This document shows, one piece after another, positions 23,710 to 37,567 of a stretch of DNA of 64,000 bases. Numbering within the stretch: the stretch's first letter is position 1; the number at the start of each line of letters is the position of its first letter. Location: NCBI GenBank assembly GCA_047495785.1, contig JBLDXI010000007.1, forward strand, positions 1,798,001 through 1,862,000. Reading direction: 5' to 3'. The notes below the pieces were generated by a model. That model saw only the letters and a list, made by a program, of their open reading frames with translations. It had not been told where the DNA came from and made no database searches. The DNA is from Lepidodermella squamata (taxonomy: Eukaryota; Animalia; Gastrotricha). The position numbers were made by a program, and so were the translations under genes.

Positions 23710-23944
23710 ATCATGAGGCTTCGCTCCTAGCCAAACATCTTATTCTTATCTTCAGTATCGCTGGCGACACTTCGCAATTTCGAAATCAACGACACTAGAG
23801 TTTAAATTTCGTAATAAATTAGACGATCTGAGAAATACTCTTCAAGACTTTATCAAAGAGCAGCTGACTCACCGGTGTCGAGTTAGCTGACGCAATGGAA
23901 TCAAACAAAGCGCCCTATATTATCTTTTACGATAAATTGTGTTT

Positions 23945-23955
23945 TGCTTACTCAT
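23945..23955 (-). promoter_or_regulatory. ARE/CNC-sMaf-like site upstream of CYP A
   Basis: TGCTTACTCAT (reverse ATGAGTAAGCA) fits RTGA(C/G)NNNGC; ~220 bp upstream of ATG24174, among several GATAA/TTATC motifs. Motif match only. Confidence 0.35.
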
Positions 23956-24173
23956 CCCCTAGAGCAATTTTTCCATTTTCGTGTGGTAAAAAAGTATTCT
24001 GCTCTAGATATTCTACTTTTAGCGAAGAGATTAGGCGATAAGCTTATACAGTATTATTCTCGGATAAGATAAGGAGAGGTCAGATAGAGCTGACTCTGTG
24101 GGCTGCGGCTTTATATCGTGAATAAATTTTGAATAAAACCTCATTGTAATTTTTGATCTACAAGGTATTTAAA

Positions 24174-26078
24174 ATGACAATTTTCTCGCGCCCAATCTTC
24201 AAGATTCTCGGAATTATTGTCGGTGGCAGTGCTATCGCAGCGATTGTGACATTCATCAAGGCCTACCGATACGTCCACAAGTATCGCGGTGTATTCAAGG
24301 AAATGGGTCTGCATGAGATACCGCCGAAGACATTCATCGGAAGCTGGGACCTTTACAAGAACTCCGTGAGTTTTTATGAGGTTTGCCGCAATTAATTATT
24401 AATTCACTACTTTCTATTATCCAGAAAACAGACCTATTTGACCTCGAATGCCAGCTGATTCGAGAACATGGCAAAGTATTCGGTTACTTCGAAGGGCGCC
24501 AGCCGGTCATCACGATGGCTGATCCTGAAATGTTGAAGCAAATCATGTTGAAGTATCATGAAAGTTTCATTGATCGTAGGGTAATTTTTTGGGTGTTTGA
24601 AAATATTTGGTTAAATATAATGTTAATCTAGATGCTGTTTGTATCACGAGACAGGCCGGTTCATCTTGGACTCATAACCCTTACGGGCCAGCGATGGAAG
24701 CACGTGCGGCAAACTATCTCCCCCGCATTCACGCCTGCCAATATGCGAAAAATGGAACCACTCATCAAGACAATTGTTGACCGCTTTGTGGTAAACGTGG
24801 GCAAGGCAGCTGATTCGAAAGAGCCTATGGATGTTAAGAAATACGCTGGTTGCTACACCATCGATAGTAATGCTTTTAATCACAAACTTGACAGTTATTA
24901 GCAATGCCCTAATAGTTATTGGTTCGGTCGCGTTTGCTATGGATTTGGACTCCTTGAATAACCCCGATAATCCCTTCGTTAGCGGAGCTCGAACTGCATT
25001 CGCTACAATCACCATCACTGGGACATTCATCGCTCTTGCTTGTAAGTATAAATGAGAACTATAAGTTCCAATCTTCTATAATTGAACTTAATCAGTCACT
25101 TTCCCGGACCTTGCTGGCTGGCTATTGAGAAACATGCCTCAAAATGAGAAATGGAATACCATCATGGGTTTTTTCGAACGAGTAGTCAATGAAGAGTTGG
25201 ATAGACGGCAGAAGAATGAAGGCAATATCAATAGGTCTGATTTCTTAGCTGTGGTAATGCCTAGCGAAAAAGACCCGAAAGATCCTGCTAATGCCCATCT
25301 TCGAGAAATCGATGAGTTCGGTGGTGTTTGGCTCCGAGAAGGCATAACGCGAGACGAAATTGTTGGTCAATCCGTTCTTTTCTTTTTGGCTGGTTATGAA
25401 ACAACTGCGAATACTATTACGATGATTTTGCTTGCTCTTTCCCAATTTCCTGATGTTCAGACCAAGCTGTACCAAGAGTTGAAAGCGGCATTCGTCGATG
25501 GCGGTAAAGAGATGACTATGGAGACTCTCATGGAGCTGAAGTATCTCGAAATGGTTATCAGTGAAACATTAAGATATTACACCCCATTTTTGAGGTTTGA
25601 GATTCTACTAATTCTGAAATTTAAATTCCGAAAGTAATTTGTTTCACAGAGTTAATCGAATGTGTACGTCGGATACAACAGTCAATGGTCTCCATATCCC
25701 GAAAGATGTCTGCATTAGTATCCCAGTTCACGCGGTTCATCACGACCCCGATTTGTGGCCTGAGCCGGAAAAGTTCGATCCCGAAAGATTCTCTGACGAA
25801 AATCGCGACCGGATAGTTCCGTTTTCTTATCTACCTTTCGGGGCAGGTAACCGAAATTGCATTGGAATGCGGTTGGCTCAACTGGAGATGAAATTCCTCA
25901 TCGCGAGTTTGATTCTACATTATGAGTTCACGCTGTCTTCAAAAACACAGGTAACTTGAATTTTTTTCTTTTTGGTGAAACTGAGAATGCCATTCAATTA
26001 TAGCAACCGATTAAATGGGCCCCGAGTGATTTGCGATTTGCGGAAAATCCTATTTACGTTGAAGCTGTGCGCAGATAA
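24174..26078 (+). CDS. Cytochrome P450, clan 3 (CYP A), multi-exon
   Basis: N-terminal anchor; WKHVR; FFLAGYETTA (I-helix); ETLR; PEKFDPERF; PFGAGNRNCIG heme motif; introns of about 50-60 nt restore the frame. Confidence 0.93.
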
Positions 26079-26330
26079 GGTACTTATAATATAGTATGCG
26101 ACGATTAATTCAACATGGCAAATTGATTCTTATGACTTTGCGAACAACTGAATAAAGAATGCAATTTGCTGCAGGAAAAGAAAATAGAGTTATTGTGCTT
26201 CACATCGCATGTCCATGGCTTTATGAATTTAATGCAACCTGAAGACAGTACTCATAAGGAATCATTCAGGAAGAATTCAGACATGTAGCATTCCCACTAT
26301 CTCTTAGGAGGAAACTCTCGATCGAAAACA

Positions 26331-27537
26331 TCATGACGCACCCACCTGTTTCCTGCAACGTGCGATTCTGTTCCAGTAGTTCTTGAAAGCTTTCCAAAAC
26401 CCTGGTCGCAAACACTGCGCGACCGGAGCGGAAGCCGTCTCGATCACGTAGAGGAGCACACTCGTTTTTTGGGCGGCTGAAGTTAGATAATGAGGGCCGC
26501 TACCGTCCCACAGGACGCCGAACAGAAAACAGAAAAACATTGGAAGATGGAACACGGAAAACGCCGTAAATAAACCGATCGACTGTTTCATATAGAACAT
26601 TTCACGTCTCTGCCAATTGGCCAGCAAGTTGTTGGAAACAGGAATTGTTGTGTTACTGGCTACGGTGTGATTGTTCGGTGTCATGTTGCCAACTGCGACT
26701 GCCGTTCTATACAAGCGGAACTGTTTGAAAACCATCCTGAAATGAAGAAAAGGAGCATTTCAAAATTCCGTTTTACTGAAAATGAATTGCTCACCAGTAG
26801 TTTTGCGCTATCAGATGGTTCGGTATGATTACTCCCATTAATGTGAATATAACCAAGCTCAGCAACGACGTGTCGAACCGTCCGAAAATTCGGTGATCAA
26901 ACACACCGCAAAGAAGAACTGGTTTATCGTTATTGATACCCGGGATTATAGCATATTCACCAGTAAGAGCGTCAAATGGATATACAGTTACAATACCACA
27001 TATTACCACACCTACTATGAGAAAGAAAAGGGCGATAGACAATACTTTGCGCGTTTGTGCTGAGTAGTTGGAGTTGTTAGAAAGGAGGCATAATCGGCGT
27101 TCGTAACTGATGAGCACAAATATCCATGTGCCCTGAATGCCGCATGTTAAAGAAATCCACCAAATAGCTATACAAAGCCCAAAAGGGGCGTTCCAGAATC
27201 CCGATAACGCAGGCACCCATATGCCTATTGTAACAAAAATCGCGTGAATAATGGATGATGCCGCCTGGCAAGCCTGGCACCTGGCAAGAACGAAGAAATC
27301 TCGACGTACGTTGCGCTTGTGATAAATGATCAAATTAGCTGCATTTGTTATAATCACTAAAATTGTCATAATTAGATAGGTTATAGGGAAGGCCAATCGT
27401 TCCACGAGGGTCACGGCACCAAAATCATGAAACCAGCCGACAAAGAAGGCACGGGGTTCAGCATACCCCCGCCGAGGACTCGCCATTAAAACCCAAGCAT
27501 CTCCAATGATGGTTGCGTTAGCATAATCCATTGTCAT
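26331..27537 (-). CDS. Orphan rhodopsin-like (class A) GPCR; exons 27537-26795 and 26736-26331
   Basis: Seven hydrophobic segments; TM3 Cys and ISYERR (DRY-like); ECL2 Cys; FHLP in TM6; 58-nt GT-AG intron in frame. Confidence 0.75.
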
Positions 27538-28267
27538 TGAGACTTTAGCACTTGGTTATTCGACTTCCAAAAATAAGCTAAAAGGTATAAAGCTTAATAA
27601 GCTTAAAATTTACAATACGCTATAATATAATCACTCGTATATTCTCAAAACTGCTATCTCGTAATTTGAAACATCCCACACAATCGTTGTTTCCGATTGC
27701 ATTAGGCTAAGAACATATTGGACGAATTCTTTCTACAGTATGGGGCATAAATATTGAGCCGACTTTATTTATTCACAGCGCAGTCATTTCGGCTCTGATT
27801 CTCACATATCTTATACCGTTGGAAAGCCAATGAAAAATAGATCATTCCCCTAAAATTTCGCTCAAATGATCCGGATCTCAAATCTTCACGCTCATCGTTA
27901 TTTATTTATTTATTTATTTATGAGCCATCCGTTTTTAGAAAAAGTTGGAAAGCTCAGCTGTAAAAAAAGACAATGGATTAGTTAGGTTCGATTTAAACTG
28001 TACACAAGATTAGATAGTTATAAAACATCATGTAACTTATATGTATAAAAAAAGAAGATAGCTCAACAAAGAAAACAATGCCGGGGGGAACCCCCATACT
28101 GTCACCGTTTGTGAGTGGACAAGTTGTTGTTTGTTTGTTTGTATGCCGCCAGTGTGCGCACAGTCTATGCACGCCTTTCGCGCACGCTTTAAATTGCCTA
28201 GGTTTGGTTTTTCGATCTAAAACTAGGCTTATATTCTTGCGTGGTTGTATTGTATGACAATTGAGCA

Positions 28268-28570
28268 ACGACAATTCGGCAATATTCTGTTATTCGATCG
28301 AAACTCGAAACTCGACAAACGACTAATGGGCACTGGGGCGTCGCGACACCCCAGCACCCCTGTACTTCGCACCCTGCTCCGCTCGCATAGCCGTTTTACC
28401 CCTAATATTCTTGCTCAGTGCAGGACATAACATGTTGTCCCGTTCTCGGGCTTAATCACTCTTTCTCAAACATGAATTTATTCCTGCCGAGTTGTCGTTT
28501 CCCAATACCCAGTGATTTTCATCATATCGAGTTGTCGTTTTGCCGAATTGTCGTACCGAGCTGTCGCATG
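28268..28570. repeat. Degenerate inverted-repeat element with CGAGTTGTCGT-type subrepeats
   Basis: ACGACAATTCGGCAA (28268-28282) is inverted at 28540-28554; four variants of CGA(G/A)(T/C)TGTCG lie at about 28487-28568. Confidence 0.45.
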
Positions 28571-30090
28571 TTGAATAGCCGCTTGCTCCATTGTCGCCAC
28601 ACCTCTTGCTTCCTTGCGCTGTCTGTCGATGTTGCTCACGAGTTACTCGATAGGTTTTTGAATCCCATTAGGCCGTTGAACGAGTCTATCGCCCTTGAGC
28701 TGGCAGACTGCTATCATGGGAAGTTTGTCGCGTCCGAAAACGTTATGCAACGAACTGACCTAGCAAACTCTTTCTATCTCCCAGAAAGTGGCACTGTCGT
28801 TATACTCTGTGAGAGCAGTACCGCTATAGGGATGGTACAGTTTACGGTTCCATCAGTTCCATCGTTCCTCAGGGAGAGCTCAGTCTCAGCTCATTCACCA
28901 AAGGAGGGAACCTTATGTCGAAGTATGTTATCCCTACCAGTTCTGCGGTCCTACTTCACTCTATGGTTTTACTCTCCTGGAATCCACACCGGTGATCTCA
29001 TCTGTACACCCAGCGCCTTTGGTATCCAAGCATGCTAATTTTTGCATCTAAAACTTGGATCTGAAGCGATTGCTGATTTAGTTCGAAGCTTTCGGCCTGC
29101 CCCATGACGCTTGAGGATGCGGCGGTCGGTCGATATTGCTCATAAGTTGAGACTCTAATAACTAACTGGTTTGATGCCATTTGTCCCATTTTCTATTAGG
29201 GAAATGGTGTCAAGTGGCAAATGGCAAATTTCCTTGTACTTTCGTAATACAACGATTGCCGCAGTTTTACGAGGCTTTCACGGCAAAACTTCGTAAAAAT
29301 TCGTAAACATTTGCGGCAGTTAAACGAGGCTTAGTTGTGGGGAAAGGGATTCAAGTAACACCTTCGTTGTACTTTCTTGTAATCTTCTACACCAGTGATC
29401 TCATATGTTCATCCAGATCCCTTGGTACCTCTCAGGGCGCGTAAGGCTAATGATGTCACCTCGTATAGTACAAGAGGCACTTTTCCTGAGGCACAGCCAA
29501 GGGCTCAGAACGGAATCGATCTGATCTCTGCCTAAGCAGCAGTTGTCTGTGACGGCAACAGTTAAATGTCGCCAATGTCAGTAGGTATGTGATTCCGCAA
29601 AGTTATTATTATACTTTTTTCCTGAATTGATTTAATAGGGTACATTACGACCGTCATACGTCATTGAAATCACATTATATCTACTACCAAATTTTATTAT
29701 TTTCCATGTATGATTGATACTGAAATGAGGACTGGGCCAGAAAGGTATTCTGCACAAAAGGCCGCGATGAGTCACAATGAAAACACAATTTACCATTATC
29801 AACGGACTTGTTTACTCATGTCGCACAGAAATCAGTCGCCTTCTTACCGCCGGTCTCGAGAGAGGCGTGAATCATCTGCCCCATAAATCTGTGCTTATTA
29901 ACAAAAATTCATGCCATATAAGGAAAAATGTTGCATCATATTTTTCTCCCAATACGAAGTCCAGCTGTTATTCATCGAGATAAGAATATCGCAAACAGTT
30001 CCGCCACAAGTTATCGTAGCTTATATATGTGACTCGTTTTGCGACTTTCACCATTCTGAATAAAATATCTACTGATAAAAGTAAATACCT

Positions 30091-31894
30091 ATGGCAATTA
30101 TCTCAACGCCTTGGGGCGGCGTTTTGGCCGCAACAGGGATCACGGCTATTGTGGCTTTTGTGGCAGCTTACCGATACGTGAGGAAATATAGGAACATCTT
30201 TCAGGAGATCGGACTTCACGAGCTGCCTCAAAAAGGATGGACGGGAGGATGGGCTTTGTGGATGGCGAAGGTATTTTAGGAAAGAAGTAACACTACTTAT
30301 ATGTGTAAAATAATTCATCCTGCTGCAGAAAGAAAACTTGTTTGAGCTTGAAATGGGTCTCATACGAGAGCATGGAAAGGTTTTCGGCTATTTTGAAGGA
30401 CGGCAGCCTGTCATTATGATGGCAGACCCTGACTTGCTGAAACAGGTCATGATTAAGGATCACGATCACTTTATTGATCGAAGGGTTTTCTTCGCATCGA
30501 GAAAACGACCAATGGACCTTCAGTTAACATCTCTGACCGGCCGGCGATGGAAGCACGTACGGCAGCAGTTAACGCCAGCCTTTACCCCTGCTAATATGAG
30601 AAGAATGGAGCCTTTGATACGAAAGGTCGCTGACCAGCTCTGTGCGAACATTGAAAAGCAGGCACAAATGTCGAAACCATTCGATGCTAAAGAGTAAGAT
30701 GCACTTTCTTTTGTGCAATTATTCAACTTGCGTTAACTATCGCATCAGATACGCTGGGTTTTATACTCTGGATGCAGTCGCATCTGTAGCATTCGGATTG
30801 GATATAGATTCGTTCAACAACCAGCAAAGCCCTTTCGTTACAAACGCGAAGAAAGTGTTCACAGTGGTGCCACTAACAGGGTCATTCATCGCCTCGCTAC
30901 GTAATCATATTTTCCCATGCTAGCCTTAATTGCTAGAGGAAATACGTTAATTTTCACAGTCCTATTCCCTGGGTTCACGGAAGCGTTGCTGAAAATTCTT
31001 CCAGTCTGGTCAATGGTTGCTAAGATTTTCAAATTTTTCCAAGACGTAATTGAAGGTGAAATTGAAAGGCGAAAAAATTCAGTAGTTGGAGCTCAGCGTC
31101 ATGACTTCTTGTCACTGGTGATACCGCTCGAAAGAGATCCCAAAGACCCGAAAAACAAGGAATTTGTTGAATACGACGAGCTCGGAGGTATTTGGCTTCG
31201 AAATGGTCTCACAAGAGATGAAATAATCGGACAATCGGTCCTCTTCTTCCTTGCTGGCTATGAATCAACCGCGACTACGCTGACTATGGCCTTGCTTGCA
31301 CTATGCGAAAATCCTCACGTTCAAGAGAAGCTCTATAAAGAATTGCACAAAGCTTTCCGGGAAGATGGCAAGGAGTTTACGGTAGATGCCTTGAATGAAG
31401 TAGCCTATCTTGACATGGTCGTAAATGAAACGCTTCGCTACTACACCCCTGTTTTAAGGTATAACATTGCGTTTAATTCCACGGCAATTTTCCTGATTGA
31501 TCGAAATTTATTTAGGGTGGATCGAATGTGCACCACTGAAACTGTTATCAATGGTATAAGAATACCAAAAGGGGTCCTCGTCATCATTCCTGTTAATGCC
31601 GTACACCATGACCCTGACTACTGGACTGATGTCGATAAATTCATTCCAGAGCGATTCTCCGCAGAAAACGCGGAAAGCCTGACACAGAATGCGTTCATTC
31701 CGTTTGGCGCGGGTAATAGGAATTGCATTGGGATGCGATTGGCTGTCCTGGAGCTTAAAATGGCCCTTGCAAAGCTAATCCTCGGATTCAAATTCACAAT
31801 TTCACCCGAAACTGATTTACCTATTAGGTGGAAGCCCACGTCGTTCAGGACTCCGCATTGTAGCATCATGCTACAACCTGAACGTAGACTATGA
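30091..31894 (+). CDS. Cytochrome P450, clan 3 (CYP B), paralog of CYP A
   Basis: HGKVFGYFEGRQPVI shared with CYP A; FFLAGYESTA; ETLR; PERF; PFGAGNRNCIG. Confidence 0.93.
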
Positions 31895-32086
31895 ACTTTT
31901 GCTCTCACAAAACGGCTTTAAAATCAAAAATCAACCTCAAGATGTAATCAGCGGTGATTTGTTTATTGCAAGATTAAATAAAGAATCATTCCAATTGACT
32001 GCACATGCGAGCGATTGAACGAATTGACTCACATAACACATGAAAACATCACCGGATAATATAGAGACTCTAGCCCAGCCATGTTA

Positions 32087-35000
32087 TCACGCATCCGAGT
32101 TACTCCTTATCCAGCCGAGAACCGTGCAGACTTTGGCATAAACACCTATGAAGAAAATTATGTGTCGTTATTTGTTTACAAAGAAATCAATTTTCTAACC
32201 GTAGTAGTTTGCCGTAGCACAGTCCCTACCGAAGCTTGTGACTCCGCATAATTTGTAATACCCATCCTCAACGGACATCAAGGGCCCACCTTTCCGAATT
32301 TACGTTGATTCAGTTGGTGTCACCCATGCAATAAAACACTTACCAGAATCTCCGCTGCATGTGTCAACTCCTGAAAAAACCCATAAATTAAGTAATTTTT
32401 AGACCAATAGCCTCCAAAATACCTCCTGCGTCGTATCCAGCACACATCATCCTGTCGGTCAAACTTGAGTAACGTTGCTTGCAAGTGGCTTGGTTCTGTA
32501 CTAAGACGTTTGCTGTTTTCAAAATCGATGAACTAGACCCAAAGGGGTACGATGTCATGCCCCAGCCGGCAATGTAGACGGTCGATCCCGCCGCGCAGCC
32601 GATTGTACAGTTCGTAGGCAAACAAATTTTCTGGACTTTCCAGCTGCTTGTGAAGTTTAGACTCCCTGTATAAGAATAAATGCATTTTACGCACAAATTT
32701 TGAAGGCTTTGATAAAATCTGACATGAAAGCTTCAGGAGAGCGAAATCGTAGTCTTGCGTAACAGCATTGTAACTCGGGTGTTTTATGATTTGTGAAGCC
32801 GTGACCGTGAATTCGCCGTCGTCAGCTACAGTCCTATCGTGCTCTGCAATATAAGCCGTGATATCCCCGGGAATAGTAGTTTCCCTGGCAAGAGGCATCT
32901 TTAGGCAACGAAATAATTCTTCCAACCTACTTACATGCAGTGAGCTGCTGTGAGCAAGTAGTTTGCGCTGATTATCGTTGCTCCACAGAGATATAAGGAA
33001 CCATCGCTTTTTATGCTGAGACGAACAATCCTTCAATTAAAACATAACGGATAACTTGCCAATGAATATAGAAATATGGCATCCTAACCAAGGATATCTA
33101 AGGAAAACAAAATTCTCGTTTGTCAAGAAAATATTTGGTTTTGAATTCGGCATACTGATTTCTTTGGGCATTGACACCTCCGATAATTCCCGCTCCAGGG
33201 TTACCCGAGCCCTGATAATATTGGGAATGGCCGCATACGTTGGACTGGACCGGGGAGCGAGTAACAATAGCTGGTTGTTTCGTTGTAGCCGGTGCGCTAG
33301 CGGAGCCTCCGCTTATAACTGTCTTGATCCAAGTAACGGCGCTGCAAACGCGAGAATAGCCTCCGTAATTTCCGGCAACGGCGCAGTACTGTCCAAAACT
33401 GGTGATACCACACAGTTTGTAGTACCCATCTTCCATCGTCATCAAAGGAGCTCCTTTAAAGCCGCATCAAAGTTAGAAAGTCCTGATTAGGAGTCATAAT
33501 CTTACCTGAGTCTCCAGTGCAAGTATCCACGGTGCCTTGTAAGTATCCTGCAATAAAATTACACATTTTTACCTCAGAGACAAAAAGGATGTATTCACCA
33601 GCACAAAACATAGCATCGGTAACGTAGGGATATTGCTGAACACAGACAGATTGGCTTGCAATCTGAACATAGGCCGACTGGAGAACGGTAGCGTAGGAGA
33701 CCGTGGCTATTTCGAAGAAGCAATTAATGAAATTCAGATCATCTCAGCCTTAGCTTACGGTAAGTTGTAGTACCCCATCCAGCAATGTAGGCCGTGCTAC
33801 CCGCTGCACAACCGTCGCTACAAGAAGAAGGTAGACAGATTTTCTGAACCGTCCAGCTCGACGTGAAATTCAGGGCATCTGGTCAAAAATCGATCAAAAA
33901 TAAGTTAAGCTTTTCTTTACTCCTATTTACCCTTCAGCTTGATCAGAGCGATATCGTATTCACTAGTTGATGAGTCGTAATATGGATGAATTGTGATTGA
34001 AGAAGCCGTAGCTGTGAATTCACCATCGTCCACCATTGACGTGTTATGATCGGCGATGTTTATTTGAAGGTTGCTGTAAGAATCCGATCAAAATATGAAT
34101 CATCAGCTAAGTTCGAAAGCTCATACCTAGGCGTTGTCGCTATTGATCTGGAAAAAGTATGTTTCATCAATATGAAAATCCGGCAAATGTATGAATGCTA
34201 ACCCAACGCAATTCGCGCTCGTTATGAGGTAACTCTCGCTAACTATCGATGCTGCACATCGTCGCTGGGTCGTCAAGACTGTCAGCCTTACAAGCCTGAG
34301 AAATAATCCCTAAAATCACAACAATTCCTTTGCCACGGGAAATCAGTCGTTACCATGGATATCTATGCGGGAAAAATTGAATCAACAAAAATTATGAATA
34401 TAATTTCTATGCTTACTGATTTTGCTTCGCGTCGACTCCCCCAACAACCCGAACACCTGGTTGGCTATTGTTGTAGTAGTATTTCGAATGGCCACAGGTT
34501 TCCATCGTTGCGGGTGGTGGTTTCGGAGTGACAGCTTGATTCGATACTGTCGTAGTCGCTGGAGGTACATAAGTTCCATCCTGAACCAACTTGATCCAAT
34601 CAAGAACTGCGCAGACCCGTCTGTCACAGGGGTATAGAAAATAGATAATTGAGACTGGAAACTTTGGAAAACTACGAGTAGACTCCAAAAGCGTTTGCAG
34701 ATCCACACTTCCCCGAGCCGTAACTTGTGATGCCGCATAGCTTGAAGTAACCATCCTCGTTTGACATCAACGGGCCCCCCGAGTCTCCGCTACAACTGTC
34801 AATACTGCGAAAAGGTAACAAAAAATACGGAGCTGTTGGCCTTTTAAGATAATATTTCAAAATACCCGCCGCTGATATAACCCGCGCAAAGCATTTGATC
34901 GGTAATTGTTCCATACTGTTTGCTGCAGATGGATCGATCAGCTGATTGAACCAAGGCGGTCTGTAGGATACCCGCAAGGGTACCAGTGGCTATTACATAG

Positions 35001-35920
35001 GTTTTCATAGTTTGCTGTTTATTATCACATTTTGAGCTCTTATTACCGGTGTTATTTACGCCAAAGCCTGCTATGTATAGAGGAGCGCCGACCGTGTTGC
35101 ATCCATCCGAGCAAGTTGTTGGCAAACAAATCTTTTGAACGGTCCAAGACGATGTGAAGTTTAGGGGTCCTCGAAAAAATGCAATTCAAATGCGAATTGT
35201 TTGACAATTATGGAATGACTCACGTGATAGACGAAGCATTGCATAGTCGTAATCCAGCTTGGCTGAATTCCAATTTGGATGGATTGTAATTTGAGAAACA
35301 GCGATCGAAAATTGCCCATCATCTGTTTTTAACCTATCGTGATCAGCGAAAGTAGCCGTGATTGCACTCGGAGTAGACGCTATGCTTCTAAATAAGTAAA
35401 AATTTGTTATACATTACAACCTTATTTTTATTAAATAAGTAAAATTTACGCGCAATGAGCTGCTGTAATAAGAAAACTGAAAAGAAGAATAAAGCATGAT
35501 TTTGTGGATTTAACTGTAAATTTTTCAACTTTTCGCTAATGATTGAAGCTCCGCAGATATAGGAGCTGCTGCCAGAGGTAATCGTCAGCCTTGCCAACCA
35601 TGGGTACCTATAACGGTTTAATTTTCGTAAATTTTCCTTCTAATTTCTTAATATTTTAGTATTTACTGATTTGGCAGGGCATTCGCTCCACCGACTACGC
35701 CAATTCCGGGCAAATTCTGGTTGTAATAGTACTGTGAATGACCGCAGCTTGAAGGCGCCGCTGGGGGTGATTTTGCTGAAGGGGCCAGCGTGGTAGCCGG
35801 GACGGAGCTGCCGCCGCCGCCGTTGATTGCACCGGATGCCTGTGTTGATGGCTTACAACTGTCAACATGTTTTATCAATGCGACAGCTATCGTAAGAAAG
35901 CTCGCCACCAATAAATGCAT
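32087..35920 (-). CDS. Secreted serine protease with three tandem trypsin (S1A) domains, many small exons
   Basis: Signal [16 protein letters not shown]. Three units of CGHS(Q/K)YY...(V/I)(V/I)GG...YPW...DxCxGDSG...WI, joined without stops by Thr/Pro-rich linkers; stop at 32089-32087. Confidence 0.85.
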
Positions 35921-37567
35921 TCGAAGCACCCGAACAAGAAGACTTAATTAAGAGTATGTCTATTTAGCCTGGAAAACCAGTAACTTTTTAAGATTTGGCT
36001 CTCAAGTCAGGAAACGTGCAATCTTTTGACTTATTAGAACAGCAATTTAATCTTCTAGAAAGAATCTCAAGTCTGCTGCATGAAACGCGGCTCTACCTGT
36101 TAAACTCAAGTTCGTGTCGTGTTCATTTAATCGTTTGTTTGTTTTTTCTATGAAGGAAATTCGTGAGATTTATGCGTGTAAAATTGCAGAAGCGTCTTCA
36201 TTTGTCTTTGTCTTCAATACTTATACACGTATATAGCTAAATCTCGCTGAATATACGTGTATGACTAAGTAATGATTCATGATGCTTTTTCAACTCATGC
36301 CAAGTTGCATGTCACATAGCTTTGAACTAGTCGGAGACGGTCAGAAAGGAAGAATTATCCTAATCAGTATTAGGCCCTCCTTTTACCGGAACCAACTTTA
36401 CGGTGAACGGATTCTAATTTGCTGTAGCGGAACCAAAATTTAGAATTTTTCTAGTGGCCTGAAATTAAAATTCGTAGAATTATTCAAAAAATTACTCATG
36501 GCATATTTTGAATTTGGTTCCGCTAAAAGATATTCTGATTAAAATTGCATAACCGATAATTTCAGTTGCTATATAAAAAAATCAATAATCAAATGAAGCT
36601 CACATTTTCAACAGAGTTTCTCAGAGTTTTTCAACAACTATAGAAAAATTGAGAATTGTCCAGCTGTTTTCTTGCTCCAGTTCTACATGTCATTTCTCAT
36701 AAAAAAAAACAACCAAACTCTGGGCCAACTTTGGGCTTTTCGAAGGTTAACAATCAGCCTCTGGCCTCTGGTAAAGAAGTTGTGAAATTTGAACCAAATG
36801 TGAGAAATGTGATACCTGATTTACCTGCGAAAATTGCGAAAAATTTGTTGTTCTTGCCTTATTTTTGGCAATTTAAAACGGATTTTTTGCTAACTTGGGA
36901 CAAATGGCGGATAATTTTTGATGCTCTTATGCTACGGCCTCGTAAATTCACTTAAAGAAAAAGAATTATTTTGCCTTGAATTTCATTTCAAATATTGGAT
37001 TCAATTGGATTCAAATTCTATACTATTTTGCTGGCTGATAGATGATTTCACATGACTCAGTTTTTTCCATGACATTTATTGCCGAATATATTCGTCGAGT
37101 TTCAGGTTTCGAGTACGTTTAATTTATTTCCAACGGCGACACACAAAGACGACCAGGCCAACAGCAATTTGACCTCGTTTTATTACAAGTCGCATATTAC
37201 GGCTATTTCTGGCCTATAGGCGAACGAATGATGCTTTCCTATTATTAGACAACAATAAACATAACAGTGATTGCGCCACGTGCGCCGCGATGATGGTAAT
37301 AATCGTCAGTTTGGACGAGCCGTCGACCAATTTTTACGACCTACACCACGCCTCGAGTTGGCTCGACATTACTCGAAAGCATGGCTGCTTTTCACCACGA
37401 ATTGTTTGCTATTGATAGCAGCATAGTCGAACTGTTTTTCCGTGCTTTGCCAACATTCACCTGTTAATATTTTTAATTTAGAATTTTTGAAATAAAATGA
37501 TTAACAACTAATCATCAGGCTGTTGGAATTTCCGCATAATATAGTAAGTTTTTAAGAAATATTTTTT

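Noticed and set aside
28418-29420. 206-aa plus-strand ORF and a possible Gypsy RT/RNase H relic on the minus strand (QRPNGIQKPIE)
   Set aside because: The ORF has a non-ATG start and no recognisable motif; the relic similarity is too weak to call without a translated search.
36385-36530. Short inverted repeat AGCGGAACCAAA / TTTGGTTCCGCT
   Set aside because: Possibly an old MITE, but no boundaries or TSD could be defined.
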